From assembly GCF_000195955.2 (NCBI RefSeq), contig NC_000962.3:1320001-1352000 (forward strand): a DNA stretch of 32,000 nt, written 5' to 3'. Origin of the DNA: Mycobacterium tuberculosis H37Rv (GTDB taxonomy: Bacteria; Actinomycetota; Actinomycetes; Mycobacteriales; Mycobacteriaceae). The translations under genes and the position numbers were made by a program. Below are positions 9,390 to 17,247 of this stretch, piece after piece (position 1 is the stretch's first letter; the number at the start of each line of letters is the position of its first letter). Below the pieces are notes generated by a model. That model saw only the letters and a list, made by a program, of their open reading frames with translations, ran no database searches and was not told where the DNA came from.

Positions 9390-11021
9390 ATGGACGCGAT
9401 CACCCAGGTGCCGGTTCCGGCCAACGAGCCGGTGCACGACTATGCGCCGAAATCCCCGGAACGGACCCGGCTGCGCACCGAACTGGCCTCCCTGGCCGAT
9501 CACCCCATCGACCTGCCGCACGTCATCGGCGGCCGACACCGGATGGGCGACGGCGAGCGAATCGACGTCGTGCAGCCGCACCGGCACGCCGCCAGGCTGG
9601 GCACCCTGACCAACGCCACCCACGCCGACGCCGCGGCCGCCGTCGAAGCCGCCATGTCTGCCAAAAGTGACTGGGCGGCACTGCCGTTCGATGAACGTGC
9701 CGCGGTGTTCCTGCGCGCCGCCGATCTGTTGGCCGGGCCGTGGCGGGAAAAGATCGCCGCCGCAACCATGCTCGGCCAATCCAAGTCGGTGTACCAGGCC
9801 GAGATCGACGCGGTCTGCGAGCTGATCGACTTCTGGCGGTTCAACGTCGCTTTCGCCCGACAGATTTTGGAGCAGCAGCCGATCAGTGGCCCGGGGGAAT
9901 GGAACCGGATCGACTACCGCCCGCTGGACGGTTTCGTCTACGCGATCACGCCGTTCAACTTCACCTCGATCGCCGGCAATCTGCCGACCGCCCCGGCTCT
10001 GATGGGCAACACCGTGATCTGGAAGCCGTCGATCACCCAGACGCTGGCGGCCTATCTGACCATGCAACTGCTCGAGGCCGCCGGGTTGCCGCCCGGGGTG
10101 ATCAACCTGGTCACTGGCGACGGATTCGCGGTTTCCGATGTGGCACTGGCCGATCCACGGCTGGCCGGCATCCACTTCACCGGGTCGACGGCTACCTTCG
10201 GCCACCTATGGCAGTGGGTGGGTACCAATATCGGCCGCTACCATAGCTATCCGCGACTGGTCGGCGAGACCGGGGGCAAGGACTTCGTGGTGGCGCACGC
10301 CTCGGCCCGCCCGGATGTGCTGCGCACGGCCCTGATTCGCGGAGCATTCGATTACCAGGGCCAGAAGTGCTCGGCGGTGTCGCGAGCGTTTATCGCGCAT
10401 TCGGTGTGGCAGCGGATGGGCGATGAGTTGCTGGCCAAAGCCGCCGAGCTGCGCTACGGTGACATCACCGACCTGTCCAACTACGGTGGTGCGCTGATCG
10501 ACCAGCGCGCCTTCGTCAAGAACGTCGACGCCATCGAACGGGCCAAAGGCGCGGCCGCGGTCACCGTCGCCGTCGGCGGCGAATACGACGACAGCGAAGG
10601 CTATTTCGTGCGCCCCACGGTGTTGCTCTCCGACGACCCGACCGACGAGTCGTTTGTCATCGAGTACTTCGGTCCGCTGCTGTCGGTGCATGTCTACCCC
10701 GACGAGCGCTACGAGCAGATCCTCGACGTCATCGACACCGGATCCCGCTACGCGCTGACCGGCGCGGTCATCGCCGACGACCGGCAGGCCGTGCTGACCG
10801 CGCTGGATCGGCTGCGGTTCGCGGCGGGGAACTTCTATGTCAACGACAAGCCGACGGGGGCGGTGGTGGGGCGTCAGCCGTTCGGCGGTGCACGCGGATC
10901 GGGCACCAACGACAAGGCCGGTTCGCCGTTGAACCTGCTGCGGTGGACGTCGGCGCGCAGCATCAAGGAGACGTTCGTCGCGGCCACCGACCACATCTAC
11001 CCGCACATGGCGGTCGACTGA
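9390..11021 (+). CDS. pruA: Delta-1-pyrroline-5-carboxylate dehydrogenase (aldehyde dehydrogenase family)
   Basis: 543 aa from ATG 9390; an in-frame ATG at 9378 is an alternative. ALDH signatures are present: catalytic Glu context GETGGKD and catalytic Cys context GQKCSA. Remembered as Rv1187 (rocA/pruA). Confidence 0.92.
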   Translation: MDAITQVPVPANEPVHDYAPKSPERTRLRTELASLADHPIDLPHVIGGRHRMGDGERIDVVQPHRHAARLGTLTNATHADAAAAVEAAMSAKSDWAALPFDERAAVFLRAADLLAGPWREKIAAATMLGQSKSVYQAEIDAVCELIDFWRFNVAFARQILEQQPISGPGEWNRIDYRPLDGFVYAITPFNFTSIAGNLPTAPALMGNTVIWKPSITQTLAAYLTMQLLEAAGLPPGVINLVTGDGFAVSDVALADPRLAGIHFTGSTATFGHLWQWVGTNIGRYHSYPRLVGETGGKDFVVAHASARPDVLRTALIRGAFDYQGQKCSAVSRAFIAHSVWQRMGDELLAKAAELRYGDITDLSNYGGALIDQRAFVKNVDAIERAKGAAAVTVAVGGEYDDSEGYFVRPTVLLSDDPTDESFVIEYFGPLLSVHVYPDERYEQILDVIDTGSRYALTGAVIADDRQAVLTALDRLRFAAGNFYVNDKPTGAVVGRQPFGGARGSGTNDKAGSPLNLLRWTSARSIKETFVAATDHIYPHMAVD

Positions 11022-12010
11022 TGGCCGGCTGGTTCGCGCACACGCTGCGCCCGGCAATGCTTGCCGCCGGCCGCTCGGATCGGCTGGGCCGCATCGTCGA
11101 GCGCTCGCCGCTCACCCGCGGGGTGGTGCGCCGGTTCGTGCCCGGCGACACGCTCGACGACGTGGTGGATATCGTTACCGCGCTGCGGGATTCGGGCCGC
11201 TACCTCAGCATCGACTACCTGGGCGAGAACGTCACCGATGCCGACGACGCTGCCGCCGCCGTGCGGGCGTACCTGGGGCTCTTGGACGTGCTGGGCCGCC
11301 GCGGCGATATCGCATGCGACGGGGTGCGACCGCTCGAGGTGTCGCTCAAGCTGTCGGCGCTCGGGCAGGCCCTCGATCGCGACGGCCAGAAGATCGCGCT
11401 GGACAACGCCCGCGCCATCTGTGAGCGGGCCGAGCGGGTGGGCGCCTGGGTCACGGTGGACGCCGAAGACCACACCACCACCGATTCCACATTGTCGATA
11501 TCGGGCGATTTGCGCGTCGACTTTCCTTGGCTGGGCACGGTTGTGCAGGCCTATCTGCGGCGCACGCTGGCCGATTGCGCGGAGTTGGCGGCCGTGGGCG
11601 CCCGAGTCCGGTTGTGCAAGGGCGCCTATGACGAACCCGCATCGGTGGCCTACCGAGACGCCGCGCAGGTCACCGACTCCTATCTGCGGTGCCTTCGGGT
11701 ATTGACGGCGGGGCGAGGCTATCCGATGGTGGCCACCCACGACCCGGTGATCATCGCGGCGGTACCGGGGATCACGCGCGAATCAGGGCGTAGTCAAGGT
11801 GATTTCGAATACCAGATGCTCTACGGCGTCCGCGACGACGAACAACGACGACTGACCGGCGCCGGTAACCACGTGCGGGTGTATGTGCCCTTCGGCACCC
11901 GGTGGTACGGGTATTTCCTGCGGCGGCTGGCCGAACGCCCGGCCAACCTGGCGTTCTTCCTGCGGGCGCTGACCGACCGCCGACGCGCGCGGGGGTGCGC
12001 CGAGCGCTGA
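11021..12010 (+). CDS. pruB: Proline dehydrogenase (monofunctional PutA-like)
   Basis: 329 aa from ATG 11021, which overlaps the pruA TGA by 1 nt (cTGATGg), implying translational coupling. Remembered as Rv1188. Confidence 0.88.
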   Translation: MAGWFAHTLRPAMLAAGRSDRLGRIVERSPLTRGVVRRFVPGDTLDDVVDIVTALRDSGRYLSIDYLGENVTDADDAAAAVRAYLGLLDVLGRRGDIACDGVRPLEVSLKLSALGQALDRDGQKIALDNARAICERAERVGAWVTVDAEDHTTTDSTLSISGDLRVDFPWLGTVVQAYLRRTLADCAELAAVGARVRLCKGAYDEPASVAYRDAAQVTDSYLRCLRVLTAGRGYPMVATHDPVIIAAVPGITRESGRSQGDFEYQMLYGVRDDEQRRLTGAGNHVRVYVPFGTRWYGYFLRRLAERPANLAFFLRALTDRRRARGCAER

Positions 12011-12023
12011 AATCGCCGGTTGC

Positions 12024-12050
12024 TGTCACATTCGGCGGGGCTGTCTCGTC
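12024..12050 (+). promoter_or_regulatory. ECF41/SigJ-type promoter upstream of sigI: TGTCACA-n16-CGTC
   Basis: TGTCACA at 12024-12030, exactly 16 nt of spacer, then CGTC at 12047-12050. This sits 42 nt upstream of the sigI ATG, and the GGGAGG Shine-Dalgarno lies downstream of it. Confidence 0.65.
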
Positions 12051-12091
12051 CTTGATGTTATGAATTCCAGCATGGGTCGGCGGGAGGACAC

Positions 12092-12964
12092 ATGTCGCAA
12101 CACGACCCGGTAAGTGCGGCCTGGCGGGCGCATCGGGCCTACCTGGTGGACCTCGCGTTTCGTATGGTAGGTGACATCGGCGTGGCCGAAGACATGGTGC
12201 AAGAGGCATTTTCCCGCTTGCTGCGGGCTCCGGTCGGCGACATCGACGACGAGCGTGGCTGGCTGATCGTGGTCACCAGCCGGCTGTGCCTGGATCACAT
12301 CAAGTCGGCGTCGACACGCCGGGAGCGCCCGCAGGACATCGCCGCATGGCACGACGGTGACGCCAGCGTGTCATCGGTTGACCCGGCTGACCGGGTGACT
12401 CTCGACGACGAGGTCCGGCTGGCTTTGCTGATCATGCTCGAGCGCCTCGGCCCCGCGGAGCGGGTGGTGTTCGTGCTGCACGAGATCTTTGGGCTGCCCT
12501 ACCAGCAAATCGCCACGACGATTGGCAGCCAGGCCTCCACATGCCGGCAGCTGGCTCATCGGGCCCGTCGCAAGATCAACGAATCGCGCATTGCGGCCAG
12601 CGTGGAGCCAGCCCAGCATCGCGTCGTCACCAGAGCTTTCATCGAAGCCTGCTCCAACGGAGACCTGGACACCCTGCTCGAGGTGCTGGATCCGGGTGTC
12701 GCCGGCGAGATCGACGCCCGCAAAGGCGTTGTCGTCGTGGGCGCGGATCGGGTTGGCCCGACCATCCTGCGCCACTGGAGTCACCCCGCCACCGTCCTGG
12801 TAGCCCAGCCGGTGTGCGGTCAACCGGCGGTGCTGGCCTTTGTCAACCGAGCGCTTGCCGGCGTGTTGGCCCTGTCGATCGAGGCCGGCAAGATCACAAA
12901 AATCCATGTCTTAGTGCAGCCTTCAACATTGGACCCGTTACGGGCCGAACTCGGCGGCGGTTAG
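12092..12964 (+). CDS. sigI: ECF-type sigma factor SigI with a fused C-terminal (SnoaL/NTF2-like) extension
   Basis: 290-aa track ORF. GGGAGG Shine-Dalgarno lies upstream. Region 2 (VAEDMVQEAFSRLL) and region 4 HTH (YQQIATTIGSQASTCRQLAHRARRKI) end near aa 165, followed by about 125 extra residues (FIEACSNGDLDTLLEVLDPGV...). Confidence 0.93.
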   Translation: MSQHDPVSAAWRAHRAYLVDLAFRMVGDIGVAEDMVQEAFSRLLRAPVGDIDDERGWLIVVTSRLCLDHIKSASTRRERPQDIAAWHDGDASVSSVDPADRVTLDDEVRLALLIMLERLGPAERVVFVLHEIFGLPYQQIATTIGSQASTCRQLAHRARRKINESRIAASVEPAQHRVVTRAFIEACSNGDLDTLLEVLDPGVAGEIDARKGVVVVGADRVGPTILRHWSHPATVLVAQPVCGQPAVLAFVNRALAGVLALSIEAGKITKIHVLVQPSTLDPLRAELGGG

Positions 12965-12979
12965 TTAGGTATCGGAGGT

Positions 12980-13858
12980 ATGACCATGAAATCACTTGCC
13001 GCGCTTGACCGGCCGAGCTGGTTGTCATCGTCGGCGTGGCCCTGGCAGCCCTACCTGCTGAGCCACCATCAGGGCGGCATCGCGGTTACCGATATCGGCG
13101 ACGGGCCGGCGGTGCTGTTCGTTCACGTCGGCAGCTGGAGCTTTGTCTGGCGTGACGTGTTGTTGCGTCTAGCCAACGATTTTCGGTGTGTTGCCATCGA
13201 CGCACCGGGTTGTGGGCTCAGCGACCGGCTCTCAACCCCGCCAACACTTGCCCAGGCGGCCGATGCAATCACCTCGGTCATTGATGCGCTGCAGTTACGT
13301 GACCTCACCCTGGTAGCCCACGACCTGGGCGGCCCGGCCGGCTTCCTGGCCGCCGCCCGTCGCGGCGACCGCGTCGCGGCACTGGCCGCGGTCAACTGCT
13401 TCGCATGGCGGCCCACGGGTCCGCTGTTCCGGGGCATGCTCGCGGCGATGGGCAGCGCCCCCGTGCGTGAACTGGACGCGGCCATCAATGCGCTTGCCCG
13501 CGCGACGTCGACGCGGTTCGGGGCCGGTCGGCACTGGAGCCGCGCAGACCGCGCGGCTTTTCGGGCGGGAATCGATGCGCCGGCCCGCAGGGCGTGGCAT
13601 GCCTACTTCCGCGATGCGCGCCGTGCCCATGCCCTCTATACCGACGTCGACGCCGCGTTGCGGGGGGGTCTGGCCGATCGGCCACTGCTGACCATCTTCG
13701 GTCAGTTCAACGATCCGCTGCGGTTTCAGCCGCGCTGGAAAGAGTTGTTTCCGACGGCACGCCAACTGCAGGTCCGCCGGGGCAACCACTTTCCCATGTG
13801 TGACGACCCAGACCTGGTGGCCGGGGCACTCACGTCTTTCGTGCAACGGTCAACGTGA
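12980..13858 (+). CDS. Alpha/beta-hydrolase, epoxide-hydrolase/dehalogenase-like (Asp nucleophile context AHDLGG) (Rv1190)
   Basis: 292-aa track ORF starting 16 nt after the sigI stop. GGAGG at 12974-12978 is only 1 nt from ATG 12980, so the in-frame ATG 12986 (MKSLAAL...) may be the real start. Confidence 0.85.
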   Translation: MTMKSLAALDRPSWLSSSAWPWQPYLLSHHQGGIAVTDIGDGPAVLFVHVGSWSFVWRDVLLRLANDFRCVAIDAPGCGLSDRLSTPPTLAQAADAITSVIDALQLRDLTLVAHDLGGPAGFLAAARRGDRVAALAAVNCFAWRPTGPLFRGMLAAMGSAPVRELDAAINALARATSTRFGAGRHWSRADRAAFRAGIDAPARRAWHAYFRDARRAHALYTDVDAALRGGLADRPLLTIFGQFNDPLRFQPRWKELFPTARQLQVRRGNHFPMCDDPDLVAGALTSFVQRST

Positions 13859-13930
13859 GCCGCCGACTGCCGTCACACCTGGTACACCTTGCGGTTTGCC
13901 GCCGCGCCGCCACATGCCAAGCTACTCGCC

Positions 13931-14845
13931 ATGGCCGTCGCTATTGCCCGTCCGAAATTGGAAGGAAACATCGCCGTCGGCGAGGACCGCCGGATCGGCT
14001 TCGCCGAGTTCGGCGCCCCGCAGGGTCGTGCGGTCTTCTGGCTGCATGGCACCCCAGGGGCCCGGCGGCAGATCCCGACCGAAGCCCGGGTCTACGCCGA
14101 GCACCACAATATTCGTCTGATTGGCGTCGATCGGCCCGGCATCGGCGCCTCGACGCCGCATCAGTACGAAACCATCTTGGCGTTCGCCGACGATCTGCGG
14201 ACCATCGCCGACACGCTCGGCATCGACAAGATGGCCGTGGTGGGCCTGTCGGGCGGGGGCCCATACACCCTGGCGTGCGCCGCCGGGCTGCCCGACCGGG
14301 TGGTCGCCGCCGGTGTCCTCGGCGGCGTCGCGCCGACGCGCGGCCCGGACGCGATTAGCGGCGGTTTGATGCGCCTTGGTTCGGCGGTGGCGCCGCTGCT
14401 GCAGGTGGGCGGCACCCCGCTGCGGCTGGGTGCGAGCTTGCTGATCCGGGCGGCCCGGCCCGTCGCGTCCCCTGCCCTCGACCTGTATGGCCTGCTCTCA
14501 CCGCGGGCCGACCGGCATTTGCTGGCTCGGCCCGAGTTCAAGGCGATGTTCCTCGACGATCTGCTCAACGGTAGTCGCAAGCAGCTCGCTGCGCCGTTCG
14601 CCGATGTCATCGCCTTTGCCCGCGACTGGGGATTCCGGCTGGACGAGGTGAAAGTCCCCGTCCGCTGGTGGCACGGAGACCACGACCACATCGTCCCGTT
14701 CTCCCACGGGGAACACGTCGTATCCCGGCTTCCCGACGCGAAGTTGTTGCACTTGCCCGGCGAAAGTCATCTCGCTGGGCTTGGCCGTGGTGAAGAGATT
14801 TTGAGCACCCTGATGCAGATTTGGGACCGCGACCTGCGGAAATGA
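13931..14845 (+). CDS. Alpha/beta-hydrolase, serine type (GLSGG nucleophile elbow) (Rv1191)
   Basis: Track ORF 13889..14845 begins with TTG. ATG 13931 gives 304 aa, matching remembered annotation. The start is not independently supported by a Shine-Dalgarno sequence. Confidence 0.8.
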   Translation: MAVAIARPKLEGNIAVGEDRRIGFAEFGAPQGRAVFWLHGTPGARRQIPTEARVYAEHHNIRLIGVDRPGIGASTPHQYETILAFADDLRTIADTLGIDKMAVVGLSGGGPYTLACAAGLPDRVVAAGVLGGVAPTRGPDAISGGLMRLGSAVAPLLQVGGTPLRLGASLLIRAARPVASPALDLYGLLSPRADRHLLARPEFKAMFLDDLLNGSRKQLAAPFADVIAFARDWGFRLDEVKVPVRWWHGDHDHIVPFSHGEHVVSRLPDAKLLHLPGESHLAGLGRGEEILSTLMQIWDRDLRK

Positions 14846-14926
14846 TCGGGCGTGTGACCGAGCTCGCATGGGCGGGCCGCACTGCTTTGCATCGCCATTT
14901 GTGCCTATTGACGGCCTTAATATGAC

Positions 14927-15754
14927 ATGCTGTTGCCTGTGTTAGAGCCCGCTGACCGCCCCTGTGATGCCCCCGGATGGTTTCTCTACCTCACCGACAT
15001 ACCGCGCGCGGGTGTCGAGTACGGGCAATTGCTCGCCGTGCTGCCGCTGCAGCGGATGCTGCCGGCCGGCGACGGACATCCGGTACTGGTGCTACCTGGC
15101 CTGCTGGCCGGCGACGGTTCCACCTGGATCCTGCGACGGATCTTGCGTCGCCTCGGGTACGCGGCCTACGGCTGGGGGCTCGGCCGCAACATCGGGCCGA
15201 CGGCCAAAGCGGTATCCGGGATGCGGGACCTCCTCGACAAGCTCCACTCCCGGTACCACACCCCGGTGAGCCTGATTGGGTGGAGCCTGGGTGGCATCTT
15301 CGCGCGCGGCCTCGCCCGCGACCATCCGTCGGCGGTGCGCCAGGTGATCACACTGGGCAGCCCGTTTGGCATGAGGGACACCTGTGAGACGCGCTCCGCG
15401 TGGAGCTTCAACCGGTATGCGCATCTGCACACCGAGCGGCACGAGTTGCCGCTGGAAATGGAAAGTGAACCTTTGCCGGTGCCGACCACCGCGATCTACT
15501 CGCGCTGCGACGGCATGGTCGCCTGGCAGACGTGCATGAATTCGCCATCGGAGCGCGCGGAAAACATCGCGGTGCGCAGCAGCCACATCGGCTACGGCCA
15601 CAATCCGCCGGTGGTGTGGGCCATCGCCGACCGGCTGGCACAGCCCCAGGGTGCATGGGCGCCGTTTCGGCCGCCGAAGGTGTTGAGCCCGCTGTTTCCG
15701 CGACCGGATACACCGGCAGAGGCGGTCAGCACCCCCCAGACGCGACCGGCCTGA
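14927..15754 (+). CDS. Alpha/beta-hydrolase, lipase/PGAP1-like (GWSLGG nucleophile elbow) (Rv1192)
   Basis: 275-aa track ORF. A strong TAATAT hexamer at 14918-14923 lies only 3 nt before the ATG, so the start or TSS is uncertain. Confidence 0.82.
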   Translation: MLLPVLEPADRPCDAPGWFLYLTDIPRAGVEYGQLLAVLPLQRMLPAGDGHPVLVLPGLLAGDGSTWILRRILRRLGYAAYGWGLGRNIGPTAKAVSGMRDLLDKLHSRYHTPVSLIGWSLGGIFARGLARDHPSAVRQVITLGSPFGMRDTCETRSAWSFNRYAHLHTERHELPLEMESEPLPVPTTAIYSRCDGMVAWQTCMNSPSERAENIAVRSSHIGYGHNPPVVWAIADRLAQPQGAWAPFRPPKVLSPLFPRPDTPAEAVSTPQTRPA

Positions 15755-15780
15755 CGGGGCAGGCGATCACGGCGCCGGGG

Positions 15781-15786
15781 TAGCCT
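15781..15786 (+). promoter_or_regulatory. Candidate -10 hexamer TAGCCT giving a leaderless fadD36 mRNA
   Basis: TAGCCT-cgctcac-GTG, with 7 nt to the G of GTG 15794. No Shine-Dalgarno sequence is present. Confidence 0.4.
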
Positions 15787-15793
15787 CGCTCAC

Positions 15794-17215
15794 GTGCTGC
15801 TGGCCTCCCTGAATCCTGCTGTCGTCTCCGCCGCCGATATCGCGGACGCGGTCCGCATCGACGGCGACGTGCTGAGCCGTAGCGACCTGGTCGGCGCGGC
15901 AACGTCGGTGGCCGAGCGGGTCGCCGGTGCGCACCGGGTCGCCGTGCTGGCCACGCCGACCGCGTCGACGGTGCTGGCGATCACCGGCTGCCTGATCGCC
16001 GGCGTGCCGGTTGTGCCGGTACCCGCCGATGTGGGCGTCACCGAACGCCGGCACATGCTCACCGACTCCGGCGTCCAGGCATGGCTGGGCCCGTTGCCCG
16101 ACGACCCAGCGGGGCTGCCACACATCCCGGTGCGCACGCACGCGCGGTCCTGGCACCGTTATCCGGAGCCCTCACCCGGGGCCATCGCCATGGTGGTCTA
16201 CACGTCCGGCACCACCGGGCCGCCCAAAGGCGTGCAGCTGAGCCGGCGGGCGATCGCCGCCGACCTCGATGCATTGGCAGAGGCCTGGCAGTGGACGGCC
16301 GAGGACGTGCTGGTCCACGGTCTGCCGCTGTATCACGTTCACGGCCTGGTGCTGGGCTTGCTCGGGTCGCTGCGGTTCGGAAATCGCTTCGTGCACACCG
16401 GTAAACCAACGCCGGCCGGCTACGCCCAGGCCTGTTATGAAGCGCACGGCACGTTGTTTTTTGGGGTGCCGACGGTGTGGTCACGAGTGGCGGCCGACCA
16501 AGCTGCCGCCGGGGCGCTCAAACCGGCGCGGCTGCTGGTGTCCGGGAGTGCGGCACTACCCGTGCCGGTGTTCGACAAGCTGGTGCAGCTCACCGGGCAC
16601 CGGCCCGTCGAACGCTACGGTGCTTCGGAGTCGCTGATCACCCTATCGACGCGGGCTGACGGTGAGCGTCGCCCGGGCTGGGTCGGCCTGCCGCTGGCCG
16701 GTGTGCAGACCCGACTGGTGGACGACGATGGCGGTGAGGTCCCGCACGACGGGGAAACCGTTGGAAAGCTTCAGGTTCGCGGTCCGACCCTGTTCGACGG
16801 CTACCTGAATCAACCCGATGCCACCGCCGCGGCGTTCGACGCCGACAGCTGGTACCGCACCGGCGACGTCGCGGTGGTCGACGGCAGTGGGATGCACCGC
16901 ATCGTGGGACGCGAGTCGGTCGACTTGATCAAGTCGGGTGGATACCGGGTCGGCGCCGGTGAAATTGAAACGGTGCTGCTCGGGCATCCGGACGTGGCGG
17001 AGGCGGCAGTCGTCGGGGTGCCCGACGATGATCTAGGCCAGCGGATCGTTGCCTACGTAGTCGGCTCAGCGAATGTCGATGCGGACGGGCTTATCAACTT
17101 TGTTGCCCAACAACTTTCGGTGCACAAGCGCCCGCGCGAGGTGCGTATCGTAGATGCGCTGCCGCGCAACGCGTTGGGGAAAGTGCTCAAGAAGCAGTTG
17201 CTGTCAGAAGGCTGA
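15794..17215 (+). CDS. fadD36: FadD36, acyl-CoA synthetase / AMP-binding enzyme
   Basis: 473-aa track ORF with a GTG start. AMP-binding motif YTSGTTGPPKGV, and a C-terminal ...GKVLKK lysine motif. Confidence 0.92.
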   Translation: MLLASLNPAVVSAADIADAVRIDGDVLSRSDLVGAATSVAERVAGAHRVAVLATPTASTVLAITGCLIAGVPVVPVPADVGVTERRHMLTDSGVQAWLGPLPDDPAGLPHIPVRTHARSWHRYPEPSPGAIAMVVYTSGTTGPPKGVQLSRRAIAADLDALAEAWQWTAEDVLVHGLPLYHVHGLVLGLLGSLRFGNRFVHTGKPTPAGYAQACYEAHGTLFFGVPTVWSRVAADQAAAGALKPARLLVSGSAALPVPVFDKLVQLTGHRPVERYGASESLITLSTRADGERRPGWVGLPLAGVQTRLVDDDGGEVPHDGETVGKLQVRGPTLFDGYLNQPDATAAAFDADSWYRTGDVAVVDGSGMHRIVGRESVDLIKSGGYRVGAGEIETVLLGHPDVAEAAVVGVPDDDLGQRIVAYVVGSANVDADGLINFVAQQLSVHKRPREVRIVDALPRNALGKVLKKQLLSEG

Positions 17216-17247
17216 GCTACGGCGAATTATCGTGTACCGCTGGACAG

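Noticed and set aside
9306-10205. 5' extension of the Rv1186c ORF to 838 aa. Analogous upstream extensions affect dapD (to 25604), fadD21 (to 7614), the IS1081 transposase (to 22668, outside the IS), pruA (TTG 9339) and pruB (10943).
   Set aside because: The extensions run antisense through, or overlap, neighbouring genes and lack family similarity. Shorter starts fit promoter and Shine-Dalgarno geometry and remembered protein lengths.
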